The notes: generated by a model not told the origin, from the letters alone. 64,000 nucleotides of DNA from Mobilitalea sp. (GCA_047606065.1 JASGEU010000133.1:28905-92904); one strand, 5' to 3'. Positions 49,745-60,215 are shown, counted from the first letter of the stretch. Made by a program: numbers and translations.

Positions 49745-49806
49745 CAATAATTTTTACTCTTATTTTAAAACCAAAAACCTTTAGTGATAGAAAGAGGAAC
49801 TTACCC

Positions 49807-50403
49807 ATGCAGAATAACCTGACTGATACTATGAAAAAGAAATTGGTCGTTGGAATGAGTGGTGCCAGCGGCGCAGTCCTTACCATAAAACTTCTTCAAA
49901 TGATGAAAACTTACCCCGATTGGGAAACTCATCTGGTAATTTCAAAGGGTGCCCAAATGACAATAGATCAAGAGACAACCTATCGTCTCACTGAAATAGA
50001 GTCTATGGCTGATTTTTCATATGATATTAATGATTATGGTGCAAAGATAGCCAGTGGCACCTTTCAAACGGAAGGCATGGTTATTATTCCCTGCAGCATG
50101 AAGACTATGGCAGGTATTGCCTGCGGTTATTCAGATAACTTACTTTTGCGTGCAGCAGATGTAACCATTAAAGAGCGTAGAAAACTGGTGCTTGTCCCAA
50201 GGGAAAGTCCTCTTAGCACTATCCATTTAAGAAATATGCTGACCGTAGCAGAAGCCGGAGCATTTATAATGCCTCCTGTAGCACCTTATTATACCCAGCT
50301 TGACAGCCTCGAGGATATGAATGTACAAATTGTTGGAAAAATTCTGGATAAGTTTCATATCACACTAAAGGATTTTCAGCGTTGGGGAGAACCTATTAAT
50401 TAA
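49807..50403 (+). CDS. ubiX: Flavin prenyltransferase
   Basis: VGMSGASG, ASG, PCSMKT, RAADVTIKERRKLVLVPRESPLS.IHL.NM. Confidence 0.93.
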   Translation: MQNNLTDTMKKKLVVGMSGASGAVLTIKLLQMMKTYPDWETHLVISKGAQMTIDQETTYRLTEIESMADFSYDINDYGAKIASGTFQTEGMVIIPCSMKTMAGIACGYSDNLLLRAADVTIKERRKLVLVPRESPLSTIHLRNMLTVAEAGAFIMPPVAPYYTQLDSLEDMNVQIVGKILDKFHITLKDFQRWGEPIN

Positions 50404-50451
50404 ACTGTTGCAACCTTTGTACTACTTTAAATAATTTATTTAATATTTCTA

Positions 50452-50480
50452 TTGACAAATATTGTTTGCCATGTTATGGT
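50452..50480 (+). promoter_or_regulatory. SigA promoter of the cold-shock gene, with a long 5' UTR
   Basis: TTGACA-N17-TATGGT with an extended TG, about 110 nt upstream of the ATG. Confidence 0.6.
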
Positions 50481-50593
50481 TACAAGGTATTTTAAATAAG
50501 ATTTGATTTCACATATTTACGTAGATCATTTTTTGATTTATAGAAATATGTGTTTTTTATTGAAATATAATAATATTAAGGAGGTATCTTTTC

Positions 50594-50794
50594 ATGAATA
50601 AAGGTACTGTAAAATGGTTTAACTCACAAAAAGGATTTGGATTTATTACTGACGAACAGGGCAATGATGTATTCGTACATTTCTCAGGACTTGCTATGGA
50701 TGGTTTCAAGTCAATAGATGAAGGACAGAATGTAACATTCGAAGTGACTAAGGGCGCTCGTGGTATGCAGGCTGTAAACGTACAGATAGCATAA
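50594..50794 (+). CDS. cspA: Cold-shock protein
   Basis: [21 protein letters not shown]. Confidence 0.95.
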   Translation: MNKGTVKWFNSQKGFGFITDEQGNDVFVHFSGLAMDGFKSIDEGQNVTFEVTKGARGMQAVNVQIA

Positions 50795-50952
50795 TAAATA
50801 CTACTATTGGAAGGATCGCTTTTTAAGTGGTCCTTTTTTATTACCCTCATTTATGATTTCAAACCATCGACTTTTTCTAACTATTGTGCTAAGATATTTC
50901 AATAATAAATTTTGTACTGTGGCAAAACGTCAAGCCGGAGGACTATACACGA

Positions 50953-52158
50953 ATGAATACCAGTAAAAATACTCTTAAGAAAATAACGAACCTACTCTGT
51001 TGTCTACTTACCACTTTAATTATACTGTTGTCAAGTTCAAATCTAATTCTTCCATATTTCTTCCACCTGGAGCCAGAAGCTATTCCTTTGATAGTTGTAT
51101 CTTCAGCCCTAAATCTGTACTTTGCAGTCATTTTTCTATTCATTGGTGCCTTTCTTTCTGATAAAGGTTTTTTCCTGTCACGTAAGTTGTTGTTCGTCTT
51201 TAGTTTAGCCGAGTTAATCATTGGCTTGTTACAGGGAAAGCCCAAAGCAGTTAAATTACATAGAAGCAAAAAACACATGACCAAAGAATGGAATGCTTCA
51301 GGTATCCTGATTATTGGTATCCTTCTGACCTGTATTAATATCATATCAATGATGCCAGTCACCGGCTCAGAGACATTAATCGCCGCTTTAATTCCCTCTG
51401 ATTTCACTGCAACTCCTTTCGGTCTGATTATGGCTGCTTTGTGTATCAGCTGGTTTCTGTTCATCCTTTTCTCACAGATTTGGCGTTCCATTGATAGAAA
51501 AGAAAGCAAGTTGTCCGAGAACGAGAAGTCTACGGAGCAAGAAAAGGATACCCTACTAAATGTTCCCGAAAAGGATGTCCTTTTAAAATGCGTTAACTGT
51601 TCAAAAGTGTACAACTATAGCCGCTCTGATGGTATCTGTCCCGAATGTGGAAAATACAACACTCCTTCCACAGCCTTTTACCTTGAAAACAGTGTTCAGA
51701 AAAAAAAGACTGCACTAAGTCTATATAAAATAGCTATAGGGCTTATCCTCATCATTCCCATTATAATTATTGCTTTGCATTTAAACTCTTTTGTAAAATG
51801 GCTTGGAACCTTGGAAGAAACCTCTGTAGAAACTATCATAGAACCTCCCCTTTCTACCTTTAATATAGATGACTATAGCTCTGAATCTTTTACCTCCGAG
51901 GAAGTAGATCAACTTCTTCAGTCAATTCAGGAGGAAAATAATATAGATATTGTTTATCACAAAGAGATATATACTAATAATGAGGAAGACGAGGAAGGCG
52001 AACCAGTTAACAAAATAACCATAATAGTCACAACAGCTGAAAGCAGCCAATCATTATATTACTTCCAATACTATAAATACGTAGCCACAACTGAAAAACA
52101 TAATGAGGGAGATATTGTACCTGTCGAGACAATAAGTCCAGATATATCAGGTAAATAG
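50953..52158 (+). CDS. Hypothetical multi-pass membrane protein with an internal CxxC..CxxC zinc ribbon
   Basis: About five N-terminal TMs, CVNC-x12-CPEC, one further TM, acidic C-terminal domain. Confidence 0.65.
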   Translation: MNTSKNTLKKITNLLCCLLTTLIILLSSSNLILPYFFHLEPEAIPLIVVSSALNLYFAVIFLFIGAFLSDKGFFLSRKLLFVFSLAELIIGLLQGKPKAVKLHRSKKHMTKEWNASGILIIGILLTCINIISMMPVTGSETLIAALIPSDFTATPFGLIMAALCISWFLFILFSQIWRSIDRKESKLSENEKSTEQEKDTLLNVPEKDVLLKCVNCSKVYNYSRSDGICPECGKYNTPSTAFYLENSVQKKKTALSLYKIAIGLILIIPIIIIALHLNSFVKWLGTLEETSVETIIEPPLSTFNIDDYSSESFTSEEVDQLLQSIQEENNIDIVYHKEIYTNNEEDEEGEPVNKITIIVTTAESSQSLYYFQYYKYVATTEKHNEGDIVPVETISPDISGK

Positions 52159-52406
52159 GATTATCCCTAACGAAATCCACTTCCTCTACAAATCAACTTG
52201 ACAAACTATCCGAATTTATATGGACTAACCCGACAAGCAAAAGGACAGCTGCAAAACATCTGTCCTTTTTATATGCTATTTTTTCTCCAATAAATATGAC
52301 AGGAGGCTTTTTATATTCTCACCTTGTAAATATTGATTAATCCTTGTAACATTTCTTTAGTACGATTGTTATATCCTTATAGGCTGAAAAAAGGAGGGTA
52401 ATTCTG

Positions 52407-52916
52407 TTGGATAATCGAATCTTAAAGCAGCTATATGAGCAGTTCGGCACTGAACTTTATCTCTATCTCTACTCCCTTTGTCATAATCACAGCCTGGCAG
52501 AAGACTTAAGGCAGGAAACTTTTTTAAAAGCACTTTTGGCTTTACCAGATTATCATACCAACATGCGGGCATGGCTTTACCTTGTGGCACGAAATCTTTA
52601 TTTTAACCGCAGAAATAAAGATAAACGGCTCATATCTTTGGAGGGAGTGTCTCATGAGATTATGCATCTTGATGGGGCAGACGATATTCTCAATCGCTTT
52701 ATAGCGAAAAGACAAATTCGTATGTTGTACCATTCATTATCCATATTGCCTCTACAAAAACGTGAAATTTTGATGATGCAGTATTTTGGAGATATGACTC
52801 AACGAGAAATTGCAGCTATCTTGCATTTAACACCGGAGAATGTGCGTGTATTATCGTATCGAGCAAAAAAAGAGCTAAAAAAATATATGGAGGCGAACGG
52901 ATATGACTTATCGTGA
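52407..52916 (+). CDS. ECF sigma factor
   Basis: LYLYLYSLC.NH..AEDL.QETF.KA..AWLY.VARN..NVRVL.YRAK. Confidence 0.88.
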   Translation: MDNRILKQLYEQFGTELYLYLYSLCHNHSLAEDLRQETFLKALLALPDYHTNMRAWLYLVARNLYFNRRNKDKRLISLEGVSHEIMHLDGADDILNRFIAKRQIRMLYHSLSILPLQKREILMMQYFGDMTQREIAAILHLTPENVRVLSYRAKKELKKYMEANGYDLS

Positions 52917-54147
52917 ACTTTTGGATTTATACAAGAGAAATGAATTGGAATTGGATAAGAAGCATCAGGTTGAGGCAGATATTGAAAAACACGAGGCAAT
53001 CAGCGATTATCTATATGAAAAAGATGATATTCCTGCCTTGTCTGGAATCCATGATGAGCAAGGACGTGTTGCTGATGAGTCTTTAGAAAGTTCTGAACAG
53101 GCACGCCGTTTTATGAAAATGGTAAATCAGTCAATCCGCAGAGCATTTGTGAAAATGGGATTTATCACTTCTGTAGTTGCATTAGTTATTTTATTATTAA
53201 TACAATTTGTTTTACCACAAGTAATTTCAATCTTTTATTATGACCCTGGTAAAGAGGTTGCAGGTAATACCAATCAGATGAGCCTGGATATCGCCATATA
53301 TACTGAATTGCTGGTTCCCCAGTACATTAGATTTAATGCAATAGTGGAAGATTTAGGTTATGGTAACTATGATTTTTGCATCACGCAGAACTCAACCTAT
53401 AACGGTGTATTTACCAATGTATCCGGGCGAATCGAACGGGGTCGAATGATTAAGTATGACGCAAATGCACTTACCCGTCCGACACCAAATGCCTTTGCTT
53501 ATAGTCTTGCTTATGAAAATCCCTCTCGCTCTTTGAGTGAATTGGAGGCTGCCAGTCAAGTCAGCATGAGCGCTGCCGGATTTTCCACCGAGAATTTATC
53601 AAGCCTAAATGCTTTATCTGATGACACTAAATATGTTGCCTACGTAACACTGGAAAAGCCGATGGGATATCTCCCATTTATTCACTTTTTAAAAAATAAT
53701 TCAATTAATAATGCCTGGTGTGCAGTAAGCACTAATTGGAATCCGACAACTTCGACTATGTTATCTACCGAAAACATTGGATTTCAATATGGCCTAAGCT
53801 CTTATAATATCAAATGGGATAAAGAACGCTACCCTGACCTGATATTGGATGATTATGATATATTATCTGCGGATCCTGAACTCTATTTAAAACAGATGCT
53901 TGAGAATCTTAATAGTGAAGATTTTATGCAGAAGCACTTCATTAGTATGCTGCGCTATATGTCAGAGCAAAAGAATTTTCTTCAAATGATGGATACAGAC
54001 CCAAATATGTTTACTGATGCAGCTGACTATGTAGAAGAAAACGGATTACTTATTTATGGGTTTTCAATTACTACAGATAAGGAGCAATTATTGAAATTGG
54101 CTGAACAGGAAGATGTATTTATTATCTATACGCAGCCCTTACGGTAG
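52903..54147 (+). CDS. Anti-sigma factor with N- and C-terminal regulator domains
   Basis: Overlaps the sigma gene; single TM; C-terminal F..HF.SML.Y..IYG motif seen in this anti-sigma class. Confidence 0.65.
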   Translation: MTYRELLDLYKRNELELDKKHQVEADIEKHEAISDYLYEKDDIPALSGIHDEQGRVADESLESSEQARRFMKMVNQSIRRAFVKMGFITSVVALVILLLIQFVLPQVISIFYYDPGKEVAGNTNQMSLDIAIYTELLVPQYIRFNAIVEDLGYGNYDFCITQNSTYNGVFTNVSGRIERGRMIKYDANALTRPTPNAFAYSLAYENPSRSLSELEAASQVSMSAAGFSTENLSSLNALSDDTKYVAYVTLEKPMGYLPFIHFLKNNSINNAWCAVSTNWNPTTSTMLSTENIGFQYGLSSYNIKWDKERYPDLILDDYDILSADPELYLKQMLENLNSEDFMQKHFISMLRYMSEQKNFLQMMDTDPNMFTDAADYVEENGLLIYGFSITTDKEQLLKLAEQEDVFIIYTQPLR

Positions 54148-54262
54148 AATAATCCGTATGTTAATCAATCGCAGCTATAGTTAACCACAGCTGATTTCTA
54201 TGAGCCTTTATCCTTACCATGGGTAAAGGCTATTTAAGATGTATCAAAATTTTTAGCACTAC

Positions 54263-54290
54263 TTGACAACCCCCATTCACATGCTATACT
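54263..54290 (+). promoter_or_regulatory. SigA promoter of queT
   Basis: TTGACA-N16-TATACT with an extended TG. Confidence 0.65.
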
Positions 54291-54336
54291 TAATAAGTTG
54301 CAAACCCTTAAAAACAAGGTCTATACAATGGGTAAT

Positions 54337-54378
54337 CGTGTGTTCGTGACCTTCCACACGTAAAACAAAACTAAAGGA
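54337..54378 (+). ncRNA. preQ1-I riboswitch
   Basis: P1 CGTGTG/CACACG, loop TTCGTGACCTTC, A-rich tail AAAACAAAACTAAAGG running into the RBS of queT. Confidence 0.88.
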
Positions 54379-54387
54379 GAATTCCAT

Positions 54388-54876
54388 ATGAAACAAAGAA
54401 AGACTCAATTTCTAACTGAGGCTGCAATTATCGCGGCCATCTATACCGTACTGGTATTCATTTTTCAGTGGTCCAGCTTTGGACCTGTACAATTTCGTAT
54501 TGCAGAGGCTTTGACAATACTTCCGTATTTCACTCCTGCTGCTATACCCGGTGTTACCATTGGATGCTTTTTAAGTGCTGTTTTCGCAGGCGCAGACGTC
54601 CTTGATATGGTATTCGGTTCATTAGCAACTTTAGTTGCCGCACTTCTTTCCTATTCCCTAAGACGCTATAAATACCTGGTTCCTATTCCTCCTATCGTAG
54701 TAAATGCCTTAGTTATTCCTTGGGTATTGAAGGCAGCTTACGGAGAAGCACAGCCAATTCCGCTCATGATGCTTTCTGTAGGAGCAGGTCAGTTATTAGC
54801 AGCAGGCGTACTAGGTATGATTTTATTATTAGCACTAGAGCGTGTTCGTCACATAATATTTAGAAACAATAAATAG
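54388..54876 (+). CDS. queT: QueT queuosine-precursor transporter (ECF S-component)
   Basis: AAIIAAIYTVL..FGPVQFRIAEALTILP..G.TIGCF; downstream of a preQ1 riboswitch. Confidence 0.9.
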   Translation: MKQRKTQFLTEAAIIAAIYTVLVFIFQWSSFGPVQFRIAEALTILPYFTPAAIPGVTIGCFLSAVFAGADVLDMVFGSLATLVAALLSYSLRRYKYLVPIPPIVVNALVIPWVLKAAYGEAQPIPLMMLSVGAGQLLAAGVLGMILLLALERVRHIIFRNNK

Positions 54877-55087
54877 TACATTTGCACCTTAAGTATCTGG
54901 ATGTTATTTATCCTTACTTAAGGTGTTTTTATATAGAAAAGTTTATATCAGGTACAAATACCCAGGGTTATAAATAGTATTAACTTGTTTAGATTCACCT
55001 TTAGGATTTACAGCCGGCTATTTTAATGTTACCATTAAACAGTTGATAAAATGCAAATATGTAAATAGTAACCCCTAGGAGCGACCC

Positions 55088-56272
55088 ATGAATAACAATA
55101 ATAAAAATAATAATGAAAAAAATTATATTGATATACCAAGCTTTATGAATCAAAAGCCGGTGGAGGATTATTCCTTTATGAAAGACCTCAATTCTTCGTT
55201 GTCTGATCAGGTAAATTCCTTTTATGAAGAGGATCGGACACCACCAACAAGAAGACCAAACAGAAAGAAAAAAAAGAAAAAGAAATTTCTAAAGATTGCA
55301 TCCATAGTTCTTTTGGTCTTAGTTGCTATTGGCAGTTTACTTGTATTCACCAAGCCCGGTAATCGTTTAATCATACAATTAGCCGGTAAATATATTTATA
55401 GCAATTTTCAATTTCAACCTACCAATAATGAGGAAGATGCTAACAAGTTATCGAAGCCGGTAATTAACATTCTTTTAATTGGTGTCGAAGAAATCGGTGG
55501 AGCCCAAAATACCGATTCCATGATAATTGCAACAATGAATACAACAGACCACACTTTAAAGCTAACCTCTATTATGCGCGATATTTATGTTCAAATTCCA
55601 GGATATAATGATAACAAATTAAATTCTGCCTACCCAAAAGGCGGTATTGATTTATTATATCAAACCATAGAGTTAAACTTTGGTGTCGACCTGGATGGCT
55701 ATTGTCTGGTTAACTTCGATGTCTTCCAAACCATCATTGATAAAATCGGTGGTGTTGAAATTACACTAACCAAAAAAGAAGCCGAATATCTTAACACAAC
55801 CAATTACATATCCAAAAAGTCAAATCGTCATATGGTGGAAGGAAAACAGCTCATGAACGGTAATCAAGCTCTTGGCTACTGTAGAGTACGTAAGGTTTCC
55901 ACCGGAACAGAAAACAATGACTTCGGAAGAACTCAAAGACAGCGAATTGTATTGCAGGCAATCTATGATAAGGTAAAATCCAAGAACATTGTGAGCCTTG
56001 CTTTATTGATGAATAGTATGTTTGCTGAGGCAAAAATTAAAACTGATATAACACAAGCAGAGTTTAATACTTATCTGGAAGTGGCTGCTGGCCTTAAAGT
56101 AAAGAGCTTGGAAACACATCGAATTCCTAGTGATGGCAGCTTCGAGAACGCTTCTGTACCTATTGGGTCAAGAAATGTATCCGTATTAAAAATAAAAGAT
56201 TGGGATGCTACCCGTAAGGAAATTGCAGAATTAATTAATGGTAAAATCGTTACTGCAGAAGTCAGTGAATAA
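55088..56272 (+). CDS. LCP (LytR-CpsA-Psr) family protein
   Basis: Poly-K plus TM, NILLIGV, NTDSMI, SIMRDIYV, KLNSAY..GG, ALGYCRVR, DFGRTQRQR. Confidence 0.92.
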   Translation: MNNNNKNNNEKNYIDIPSFMNQKPVEDYSFMKDLNSSLSDQVNSFYEEDRTPPTRRPNRKKKKKKKFLKIASIVLLVLVAIGSLLVFTKPGNRLIIQLAGKYIYSNFQFQPTNNEEDANKLSKPVINILLIGVEEIGGAQNTDSMIIATMNTTDHTLKLTSIMRDIYVQIPGYNDNKLNSAYPKGGIDLLYQTIELNFGVDLDGYCLVNFDVFQTIIDKIGGVEITLTKKEAEYLNTTNYISKKSNRHMVEGKQLMNGNQALGYCRVRKVSTGTENNDFGRTQRQRIVLQAIYDKVKSKNIVSLALLMNSMFAEAKIKTDITQAEFNTYLEVAAGLKVKSLETHRIPSDGSFENASVPIGSRNVSVLKIKDWDATRKEIAELINGKIVTAEVSE

Positions 56273-56466
56273 TCTTAGATTTTAATTATTTAAGTTAATA
56301 TAGGATAGAGTTGTTAGATACTTTGCCACAGGTGAGTATTTAACAGCTCTATTTTTCTGCGAAAACAATTAACAAAAATATGAGTTACATTTGACCTATC
56401 TTTCAGATTATAAACGAAATAGTATTGTATAATAGAAATGTAAGTTGGTTTATTTTATAAGGGAGA

Positions 56467-57048
56467 ATGCCTATGTATTTTTTCACACACCTTTATATGT
56501 CAGACATATTGTACCATCATTTTAAGAATATGATTTACTTGGATCAAGCAGCATTTTCGTATGGGAATATTAAGCCCGATTTGCCCTGGAACAAACTTGG
56601 CCATCACACTCTGAAAAACTCTCTGCCATCTGTTCTAAAATTAAAAGAAAGCCTTGAAAAAGATGACTTATCTCTTAAAGATTTCTCCACCTCACTGGGT
56701 GAATTATGTCATTACTTGTGTGACTTCTTTTGCTATTATCATTTAAATGAGGAGATTCACAATCATCACTTACAACATGCTTTATATGAACTTCAACAAC
56801 ATATTAAGCTTTATCAAACTCATTATAATAAGCGTTATAAAATCCATACAAAAACACATCCATATAATAATGATATAGCCTCTATCATATTGTATTTACA
56901 AATAGAATATCTGGCACACGCTCCAAATATGATAAAAGATATTGATTATGCGATCTCAGCCGCTGTACTGGTGGGTGAAGCAATTATTAAAAACATTAAA
57001 TTTCCTACCGTATTTCAGGAAGAAAACCCTGCACTTAATCTGTCATAA
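56467..57048 (+). CDS. Zinc-dependent phospholipase C family protein
   Basis: F.TH, F.YGNIKPDL, H, LG.LCHYLCDFFC.YH, H..YE motifs; no signal peptide. Confidence 0.7.
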   Translation: MPMYFFTHLYMSDILYHHFKNMIYLDQAAFSYGNIKPDLPWNKLGHHTLKNSLPSVLKLKESLEKDDLSLKDFSTSLGELCHYLCDFFCYYHLNEEIHNHHLQHALYELQQHIKLYQTHYNKRYKIHTKTHPYNNDIASIILYLQIEYLAHAPNMIKDIDYAISAAVLVGEAIIKNIKFPTVFQEENPALNLS

Positions 57049-57160
57049 TGAAAACTTCCAACCCTTCCTTTATTATCTGTTTACAGACATACTCCTGCTT
57101 TTTGAATGCAGATTAAATCTGCACTAGGAAAGACAGGAGTATTTATTTTCCACGCTTCTT

Positions 57161-57361
57161 TTGCAAGTGGAAGTTGAACGGTTAAAAGAATTATATAATA
57201 ATGGTGTGGAGGTCAAATTCCAGAGTGGCCTTCCTTCAAAATATGAGTTTATACAAGAGGAATCCCTGGACTATATTTATCAATTGGATTATGTGAAAGA
57301 GGAAGAGAACACCGATAGCTATCACCAGTTATTTGCCGACGCAGGTTGGGAAGAGGTTTAA
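57161..57361 (+). pseudogene. DUF2812-like fragment
   Basis: YEF..EE..DYIYQLDY...Y..LF.DAGWEEV core; no RBS or proper start; sits between two terminator hairpins. Confidence 0.55.
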
Positions 57362-57473
57362 GATATAAAAACTCCTAAGTCTGCTTTATAGGCAAACGTA
57401 GGAGTTTTCTATCAATTTAATCTATATAGGTTATTAAATCAAACTCTGACTAAACTTCATAAACAGAATCTTA

Positions 57474-58865
57474 TTATAAATCACAATTACCAACGGTTCT
57501 AGGGAATGGAACAACATCTCTGATGTTACCCATACCGGTGAGATACATTACCGTACGTTCAAAACCAAGTCCAAAACCAGCATGTCTTGCAGAGCCATAT
57601 TTACGAAGATCTAAATAGAACTCATAATCTTCTGCATTCAGCTTCATCTCTTCCATTCTCTTCACAAGCTTATCGTAATCGTCCTCTCTCTGGCTTCCAC
57701 CGATAATCTCTCCAATTCCAGGAACCAATAAGTCCATTGCTGCTACCGTCTTGTTATCGTCGTTCATCTTCATGTAGAAAGCTTTGATATCCTTAGGATA
57801 ATCTGTAACGAATACAGGCTTTTTAAATACCTGCTCTGTCAAATAACGCTCATGCTCTGTCTGAAGATCACAACCCCAGGTAACTTTATAATCAAAGTTA
57901 TCGTTATTCTTTGTTAAAATCTCAATAGCTTCCGTATAAGTAACATGTCCAAACTCGGAACTAACTACATTTTGAAGACGTTCTAAAAGTCCCTGATCGA
58001 TGAATTGATTAAAGAACTGCATCTCTTCCGGCGCATGCTCCAACACATAGTTGATCACGTATTTCAGCATTCCCTCTGCCATTGCCATGTCATCTTGAAG
58101 ATCAGCAAATGCGATCTCTGGCTCAATCATCCAGAACTCTGCTGCATGACGTGTGGTATTGGAATTCTCTGCACGGAAGGTTGGTCCAAACGTATATATA
58201 TTCTTAAATGCCATAGCATAAGTCTCACCATTTAGCTGACCGCTTACGGTAAGGTTAGTTTCCTTGCCAAAGAAATCCTGTGTCTTATCAATCTCGCCTT
58301 CCTTGGTCTTTGGCAAGTTGTTAAGATCCAGGGTGGTTACTCTGAACATTTCACCTGCACCCTCGCAGTCACTGCCAGTAATAATTGGAGTATGCACATA
58401 TACAAAGTCTCTATCCTGAAAATACTGATGAATTGCATAAGCAATTAAAGAACGAACACGGAAAACCGCCTGGAAGGTATTTGTTCTTGCTCTTAAATGT
58501 GTCATAGTACGAAGAAACTCTAAAGTATGTCTCTTTTTCTGTAATGGATAATCCGCAGTGGAAGTACCTTCAACGATAATTTCCTGCGCCTGTATTTCAA
58601 AAGGTTGCTTTGCTTGTGGAGTAGCAACCAATTCACCTTTAATAATAATTGCAGATCCAACATTCAACTTAGATATAGTTGCAAAATTATCTAAAGCATC
58701 ATGATATACAACCTGGAGTGTCTCAAAATAGGTACCATCATTTACAACAATAAATCCAAAAGTTTTAGAATCTCGAATACTTCTAACCCAGCCGCCAATT
58801 TCTACTGTTTTGCCAATGTACTGTTCTTTGTTACGATATAGTTCTCTAATATCAATTAAATTCAT
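57474..58865 (-). CDS. asnS: Asparagine--tRNA ligase
   Basis: [61 protein letters not shown]. Confidence 0.97.
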   Translation of the reverse strand: MNLIDIRELYRNKEQYIGKTVEIGGWVRSIRDSKTFGFIVVNDGTYFETLQVVYHDALDNFATISKLNVGSAIIIKGELVATPQAKQPFEIQAQEIIVEGTSTADYPLQKKRHTLEFLRTMTHLRARTNTFQAVFRVRSLIAYAIHQYFQDRDFVYVHTPIITGSDCEGAGEMFRVTTLDLNNLPKTKEGEIDKTQDFFGKETNLTVSGQLNGETYAMAFKNIYTFGPTFRAENSNTTRHAAEFWMIEPEIAFADLQDDMAMAEGMLKYVINYVLEHAPEEMQFFNQFIDQGLLERLQNVVSSEFGHVTYTEAIEILTKNNDNFDYKVTWGCDLQTEHERYLTEQVFKKPVFVTDYPKDIKAFYMKMNDDNKTVAAMDLLVPGIGEIIGGSQREDDYDKLVKRMEEMKLNAEDYEFYLDLRKYGSARHAGFGLGFERTVMYLTGMGNIRDVVPFPRTVGNCDL

Positions 58866-59065
58866 ACAGTAAACTCCTTTGTCCAAATAAATACTATATT
58901 TTTCTAACTTGGTAATAATTCAGCCATAAGCTCGATTTCGCTTAGCTACAACTATATCGATTATAACATATCATTATAATAATACAAGTATGTCAAAGCA
59001 GATCAAATACCACCTGATATTATTTCAATTCACACACTTCGCTTCACAAGACTGTTATATCCACA

Positions 59066-59782
59066 TTACCTTAATGTTATCCTCTTAAGGATATCTTCTT
59101 TCTTCCTGCCGGGACTTTCCATAAAGTGGATTGCCTCATTAATATTACCCAGCATATGTGCATCGGAATTTGAAATGATATTACATTGTTTCAAATACGG
59201 ATTTCGAATGACTATTTCTTCCTGGTGCGTTAAATTTGCAAGTTCCGCCACCGTAAAATCCGATTCCGGCGGCACAAATCCAAGATTGGAAAGTAAACTG
59301 TTTGAATTCTTATCAAGATGTGCAGGAATGTAGATACCATGAAATTCTCTCATTAGCTCGCCTAAATCTGAGAAGGGTATCTCTGTCGCATTAATAAGCA
59401 AATACGGCTCTGTACCTACTACTTCTTCCAATTCATTATAAATTTCCTGTTTACCAAAGACACTTTCTTTATTCTGGATTTTAATCAACTTGGAATACAC
59501 ATAGTCATCAAATCTCATTGCAGCATCTAAGTCAGCAAATAAGCATAGGGCATGGACCTCTTCAATTGTACAAAGTTCCATACCCGGAAGTGCTATCAGG
59601 TTATAATTCTCTGCCCAATGCAAAACAGCAGGGCAATTTTTGCAGGAATTATGATCTGTAACTGCTATTACATCTAAGTTTTTCAAAGCTGACATCCCGA
59701 CTATATTAGCTGGAGTCATATCCTCATCACCGCAGGGAGATAGGCAGGAATGAATGTGCAGATCGTAGGAAAGTCTATGCAT
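59066..59782 (-). CDS. PHP-domain phosphoesterase
   Basis: DLHIHSCLSPC, AVTDHNS, EEVH, PAHLD, NSDAH. Confidence 0.85.
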   Translation of the reverse strand: MHRLSYDLHIHSCLSPCGDEDMTPANIVGMSALKNLDVIAVTDHNSCKNCPAVLHWAENYNLIALPGMELCTIEEVHALCLFADLDAAMRFDDYVYSKLIKIQNKESVFGKQEIYNELEEVVGTEPYLLINATEIPFSDLGELMREFHGIYIPAHLDKNSNSLLSNLGFVPPESDFTVAELANLTHQEEIVIRNPYLKQCNIISNSDAHMLGNINEAIHFMESPGRKKEDILKRITLR

Positions 59783-60122
59783 TTAACTTTAGGTGAATAA
59801 GTAAAGCTGCTTCAAATATAGGAAGCTCCGTCTTATATACTGTAATTCCCTGCTCCTTTGCTTTACTCAAGGCTGCGTCATCCAGATTACTGCCTTCGGC
59901 AAGAATAATACAGGCTGCGTCTGCTAAAGCACCGACAGCAAGTGTATTCATGTTGCCCATAACAGTTACCCAGGCGGAATTTGCCGGCATTCTCCCCATT
60001 GCAATACTAAGCAAATCACAACAATAGACTCCACCTATTTCCCTGTCTGAATCAAAGCCCTGATTAACTAATTGAAAATCACTTACTTGGGTCAAATCTT
60101 TAACCTTCATCCTAATAACCAT
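59775..60122 (-). CDS. DRTGG-domain protein
   Basis: YCCDLLS..M..WVTVMGNMN..AVG.LAD..CIILAEG. Confidence 0.8.
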   Translation of the reverse strand: MVIRMKVKDLTQVSDFQLVNQGFDSDREIGGVYCCDLLSIAMGRMPANSAWVTVMGNMNTLAVGALADAACIILAEGSNLDDAALSKAKEQGITVYKTELPIFEAALLIHLKLNA

Positions 60123-60215
60123 GCCTTTCTAAATACCTGCAAACTTTGTGCCCTATGCCCAGTATTTGCAAAGTTAATTTTATTATATTTGCCTTTATAG
60201 ACCTGCTTACGTTCT

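Noticed and set aside
58866-59065. T-box leader for asnS
   Set aside because: GGTGGTATT is present but lacks the ACCRCG continuation and lies upstream of the likely promoter
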